A DNA stretch of 64,000 nt from Flectonema sp. DT1601 (lineage: Eukaryota): positions 1,302,001 to 1,366,000 of the forward strand of contig OZ025784.1 in assembly GCA_964019425.1 (NCBI GenBank). The letters are read 5' to 3'. Every line of letters starts with the position of its first letter. The first letter of the stretch is position 1. The position numbers and the translations under genes were made by a program. The notes beneath the pieces are model-generated. The model was given only the letters and a program-made list of their open reading frames with translations, made no database searches and was not told the origin of the DNA. This document shows, piece after piece, positions 58,880-64,000 of this stretch.

Positions 58880-60336
58880 CTTTTTAATTGTTTTAAAGAA
58901 AAAACAATCAGTTTAGCGTCTTGACCAGGACGGAAAATAGTAAGTAATCGACATAGTCGATCGATAAAAAAAAAAAACAATGATAACATTGTTTATTCCT
59001 TTTTTTTTTTTTTTATTCTTTTTATTTATTTTTAAAGAAAAAACAATCAGTTTAGCGTCCTGACCAGGACGGAAAATAGAAAGTAATCGACATAGTCGAT
59101 CGATAAAAAAAACAATGATAACATTGTTTATTCTTTTTTTTTTTTTATTTTAATTCTTTTTATTTATTTTTAAAAAGAAAAAAAATGGAAAATAGAAATT
59201 AGTCAACAAAGTCGAACGATAAAAAAAAACAATGATAACATTGTTTATTCTTTTTTTTTTTTATTTTTTTTATATTCTTTTTTATTAATTTTGAAAAAAA
59301 AACAATCAGTTTAGCGTCTTGACCAGGACGGAAAATAGAAAGTAATCGACATAGTCGATCGATAAAAAAAAACAATGATAACATTGTTTATTCTTTTTTT
59401 TTTTATTTTAAATTCTTTTTATTTATTTTTTAAAGAAAAAAAACGGAAAATAGAAATTAGTCGACAAAGTCGAACGATAAAAAAAAACAATGATAACATT
59501 GTTTATTCTTTTTTTTGTATTTTTTTATATTCTTTTTTATTAATTTTGAAAAAAAAACAATCAGTTTAGCGTCTTGACCAGGACGGAAAATAGGAAGTAA
59601 TCGACATAGTCGATCGATAAAAAAAACAATGATAACATTGTTTATTCTTTTTTTTTTTTTTTTTTTTTAAATTCTTTTTATTTATTTTTTAAAGAAAAAA
59701 AAAACGGAAAATAGAAATTAGTCAACAAAGTCGAACGATAAAAAAAAACAATGATAACATTGTTTATTCTTTTTTTTTATTTTTTTTTTTTAATATTTTT
59801 TTTTATTTTGAAAAAAAAACAATCAGTTTAGCGTCTTGACCAGGACGGAAAATAGAAAGTAATCGACATAGTCGATCGATAAAAAAAACAATGATAACAT
59901 TGTTTATTCTTTTTTTCGTATTTTTTTATATTCTTTTTTATTAATTTTGAAAAAAAAAAAACAATCAGTTTAGCGTCTTGACCAGGACGGAAAATAGAAA
60001 GTGATCGACATAGTCGATCGATAAAAAAAACAATGATAACATTGTTTATTCTTTTTTTTTATTTTTTTTTTTTAATATTTTTTTTTATTTTGAAAAAAAA
60101 AAAAACAATCAGTTTAGCGTCTTGACCAGGACGGAAAATAGAAAGTAATCGACATAGTCGATCGATAAAAAAAACAATGATAACATTGTTTATTCTTTTT
60201 TTCGTATTTTTTTATATTCTTTTTTATTAATTTTGAAAAAAAAAAAACAATCAGTTTAGCGTCTTGACCAGGACGGAAAATAGAAAGTGATCGACATAGT
60301 CGATCGATAAAAAAAACAATGATAACATTGTTTATT

Positions 60337-60370
<34 letters not shown>

Positions 60371-61043
60371 CTTTTTATTTATTTTTTAAAGAAAAAAAAA
60401 ACGGAAAATAGAAATTAGTCAACAAAGTCGAACGATAAAAAAAACAATGATAACATTGTTTATTCTTTTTTTTTATTTTTTTTTTTTAATATTTTTTTTT
60501 ATTTTGAAAAAAAAAAAAACAATCAGTTTAGCGTCTTGACCAGGACGGAAAATAGAAAGTAATCGACATAGTCGATCGATAAAAAAAAAACAATGATAAC
60601 ATTGTTTATTCTTTTTTTTTATTTTAAATTCTTTTTATTTATTTTTTAAAGAAAAAAAACGGAAAATAGAAATTAGTCGACAAAGTCGAACGATAAAAAA
60701 AAACAATGATAACATTGTTTATTCTTTTTTTTTTGTATTTTTTTTAATATTCTTTTTTATTAATTTTGAAAAAAAAACAATCAGTTTAGCGTCTTGACCA
60801 GGACGGAAAATAGAAAGTGATCGACATAGTCGATCGATAAAAAAACAATGATAACATTGTTTATTCTTTTTTTTTTTATTTTAAATTCTTTTTATTTATT
60901 TTTTAAAGAAAAAAAAAAAAAACGGAAAATAGAAATTAGTCGACAAAGTCGAACGATAAAAAAAAACAATGATAACATTGTTTTTCCTTTTTTTTTTTTT
61001 TTTTTTTATATTCTTTTTTATTAATTTTGAAAAAAAAAACAAT
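58279..61043 (-). mobile_element. Tandem 5'-truncated copy A2' (3' terminus plus part of satellite 2)
   Basis: Shares A2-specific variants (GAGGCAGAG, ATATATATAT tract). Ends inside satellite 2 with AAACAAT microhomology to B. Confidence 0.85.
58749..61043. repeat. Satellite 2 inside A2', truncated
   Basis: Same units. Confidence 0.95.
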
Positions 61044-63118
61044 TTGTAGCTAATTAAGCTGAAAATAAAAAAATAAAAAAAATTTCTAAGTGAGAAATAC
61101 TTAGCAACTTTTAGAACAAATATTTCAGTAAATAACCCGCAATGATCAAACCATTACAAGTTTGATGCCAAAACTGACAAGGACTGAGTTGAATTTCCAG
61201 GTGAGATTTGGACTGTTAGCTTTTGGCTAAGGCCCTCCCTGAAGAGCAAGAACAAAAAAACTACTCACACCTGAAGAAAACATACACAAAGAACACACTG
61301 TAAGCTGTGTGTGTATTTTGTGTTTGTCACAACAGGAGAGAAAAGAAAGAATGTCAAGGTTGGTCACCTTGCCTATCAACGCACAACATTGGTGGTCTCT
61401 ACTAGACCCTGAGTGATCCCACTGGATCTCTCATCGTTCATAGTACCCTGTGTGAAGTTATAAAATCAAAGGTAAACTATGAACTACAAATGACTTAGCC
61501 TGTTATTATAATGCCACAGGCAGGCCCTGCATTCAGCAACTATCCAGCAGTGCTTGGATGTCCTGATCTTCTTCTAAAAAAAAGAAAGAAAAACAAAACT
61601 GTAGCTGGGATCACTCAGGATCAACAGACTACCAATGCTACCTGTTGTACTTGCTCACTATGGGGGGTGATGCCAAACACCCAGAAGTACTTAACTGCTT
61701 TCCTTCTTGCTGCCCAGGAGTTTCTGACCAGAACTAATAGAAAATAAAAAGTAGATGGGAAACAATAAAAAGTAAAATGGATATAACTGAAGTTAAACAA
61801 GACAAATGAAGTAACAGACCAGAACAGAAAGAGAATAAAAAGAAAAGATATAGGCAAGAGTGATTGTAATAGAAGATTACAAATAAAAAAATGCAAGTAT
61901 CAACACATGATCAAGATACACCAGCAGCTAACAAACAACATAAAATTGAAGATCAGTTGCCAGAGTATTTCAACCATGGTAGAATACTCGCCCCTCTGGC
62001 AGGGATTATCCCAGACTTGTCCTTTAATTTAGTTGGACACCATGGCTTACAACCCTTCCAGAGGGAAGCACCATTATGACTTCTATTTTTTTTCTTCAAG
62101 AAAATCATAAGGTGGGAACAAAGAAAAATGCTAAGAGGAACCCCTTATTAACACCTAAGACATCTAAACTGCAGCCCAGCTTATGCCCAATGCACTAACA
62201 GGTCATTCCCTCACACTCAGATCAAAAAAATCAAAGTTCAGAGTGCATCTTAGCGTGAATGAGAGAATTTCCTCCCGCTTATTTTGAACAAAAGGGATAG
62301 GAGAAGGGATAGAAAACGAACATAACAATAAGATTCTAAGTGAGAAACACTTAGCAGAAACACTTAGCAGCTTTTAAGGAGCTGAAAAGCAAAAAAAAAA
62401 TCTAAGTGAGAAACACTTAGTAGAAACAATTTGTAGCTAATTAAGCTGAAAATAAAAAAATAAAAAAAATTTCTAAGTGAGAAATACTTAGCAACTTTTA
62501 GAACAAATATTTCAGTAAATAACCCGCAATGATCAAACCATTACAAGTTTGATGCCAAAACTGACAAGGACTGAGTTGAATTTCCAGGTGAGATTTGGAC
62601 TGTTAGCTTTTGGCTAAGGCCCTCCCTGAAGAGCAAGAACAAAAAAACTACTCACACCTGAAGAAAACATACACAAAGAACACACTGTAAGCTGTGTGTG
62701 TATTTTGTGTTTGTCACAACAGGAGAGAAAAGAAAGAATGTCAAGGTTGGTCACCTTGCCTATCAACGCACAACATTGGTGGTCTCTACTAGACCCTGAG
62801 TGATCCCACTGGATCTCTCATCGTTCATAGTACCCTGTGTGAAGTTATAAAATCAAAGGTAAACTATGAACTACAAATGACTTAGCCTGTTATTATAATG
62901 CCACAGGCAGGCCCTGCATTCAGCAACTATCCAGCAGTGCTTGGATGTCCTGATCTTCTTCTAAAAAAAAGAAAGAAAAACAAAACTGTAGCTGGGATCA
63001 CTCAGGATCAACAGACTACCAATGCTACCTGTTGTACTTGCTCACTATGGGGGGTGATGCCAAACACCCAGAAGTACTTAACTGCTTTCCTTCTTGCTGC
63101 CCAGGAGTTTCTGACCAG
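61037..63118 (-). mobile_element. Element B tandem: rest of unit 1 (61037-61185), full unit (61186-62572), truncated unit (62573-63118)
   Basis: Period 1387 bp; junction GGACT|GAGTTGAA on the plus strand, twice. Confidence 0.88.
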
Positions 63119-63607
63119 GTGTATTCTCTTTAACGGAGATAACGTGACTCTCTTGTCGTAAAAACTTGGTCGGCGTGCGGTCGAGAGCTTCACTCTGCGG
63201 CATTGTCGGAGGAATTGAGGCTAGAGGACAAAGAGGGGTGATATAATTAAGGGTAGGGATAAGGGGTTTAATAAGAGGAGTAAAAAGACTACTCGTAGTT
63301 GTAAAGAGCGAGAGGTAGTTCTTTGCTATCTTCATCATAGCAACAGATTCATACAGAACGGGGGTTCGGGGGGAAACTTGTTGACTAAAGTGGGTCATAC
63401 GGGGACGCGCGGCACGCAAACTCTCGACCTCCTGTTGAGTATAGAAAAGTCTTATTTTACTTTCTCTTTCCTCATTACATTTGGTCTCCAATTCGTTCGA
63501 CAGAAGAACAAACCTTTGATGGTAATTAAAGAGCGCCATTTCCGATAGGTCTGCTCTCTGAGTCAGATTTGCGAGCTCACGTTTCCTGTAATCTTCCACT
63601 AAGTCAT
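63117..63607 (-). pseudogene. Continuation of the A1' ORF fragment up to its 5' truncation point
   Basis: Matches ~30995-31485; joins 42656 with one T missing (GCAA-T-AGGTG). Confidence 0.9.
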
Positions 63608-63708
63608 TGGTTCATCTCAGGTTTTAGAAGTCTTCGTCCTGTTCGTTGGGAAGGGCCTGAATCAAAAGTTCACTGCCCCTATTCCTCTCCCAAATTTCTT
63701 ATTTTTCC
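63606..63708 (+). mobile_element. Element D, 3' end
   Basis: Matches 23324-23421, including TGAAT-CAAAA-GTTCA; satellite 1 then resumes. Confidence 0.82.
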
Positions 63709-64000
63709 GAAAACTTTTTGTGTGGAGCTTGCCATTTTTTAAACTTTGTGTGGAGCTTGCCGTTTTTTAAACTTTGTGTGGAGCTTGCCGTTTTTTAAAC
63801 TTTGTGTGGAGCTTGCCGTTTTTTAAAACTTTTTATGTGGAGCTGGTTTTTTTGTGTGGAGCTTGCCGTTTTTGAAAACTTTGTGTGTGGAGTTGTTTTT
63901 TGAAAACTTTTTATGTGGAGCTGGTTTTTTTTGTGTGGAGCTTGCCGTTTTTGAAAACTTTGTGTGGAGCTTGCTGTTTTTTAAAACTTTGCGTGTGGAG
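63709..64000. repeat. Satellite 1, block 3 (runs off the window)
   Basis: Same ~30-bp unit and orientation as blocks 1 and 2. Confidence 0.95.

Overview
This is AT-rich eukaryotic (probably protist) DNA in two parts. Positions 1-18 kb hold five intronless genes, all on the minus strand: a tandem pair of OAS/CD-NTase-like nucleotidyltransferases, a CTL/SLC44 transporter, a kinesin-7-like motor, and a Cys-loop anion channel with EF-hands in its M3-M4 loop. Positions 20-64 kb are a ~30-bp satellite array split by nested retroelement insertions, five levels deep. The autonomous element A is ~11.5-11.9 kb. It has one ~1700-aa ORF (Zn fingers, RT, CCHC, restriction-like endonuclease, long coiled-coil tail; R2 group, HERO-like) and a ~6-kb 3' UTR containing a hairpin minisatellite. 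Two non-coding elements, B (~1.385 kb) and D (~1.28 kb), appear otherwise unrelated to A and to each other. All three share a covarying 3'-terminal stem-loop with an invariant CAAAA loop and have a fixed 3' end without poly(A). They form exact head-to-tail tandems joined at TC|AG, are 5'-truncated with microhomology, and insert with about 1 bp of target loss and no TSD. This autonomous element plus two RNA passengers is the main candidate for a novel system. Family assignments come from motifs read by eye; no database searches or folding computations were run.
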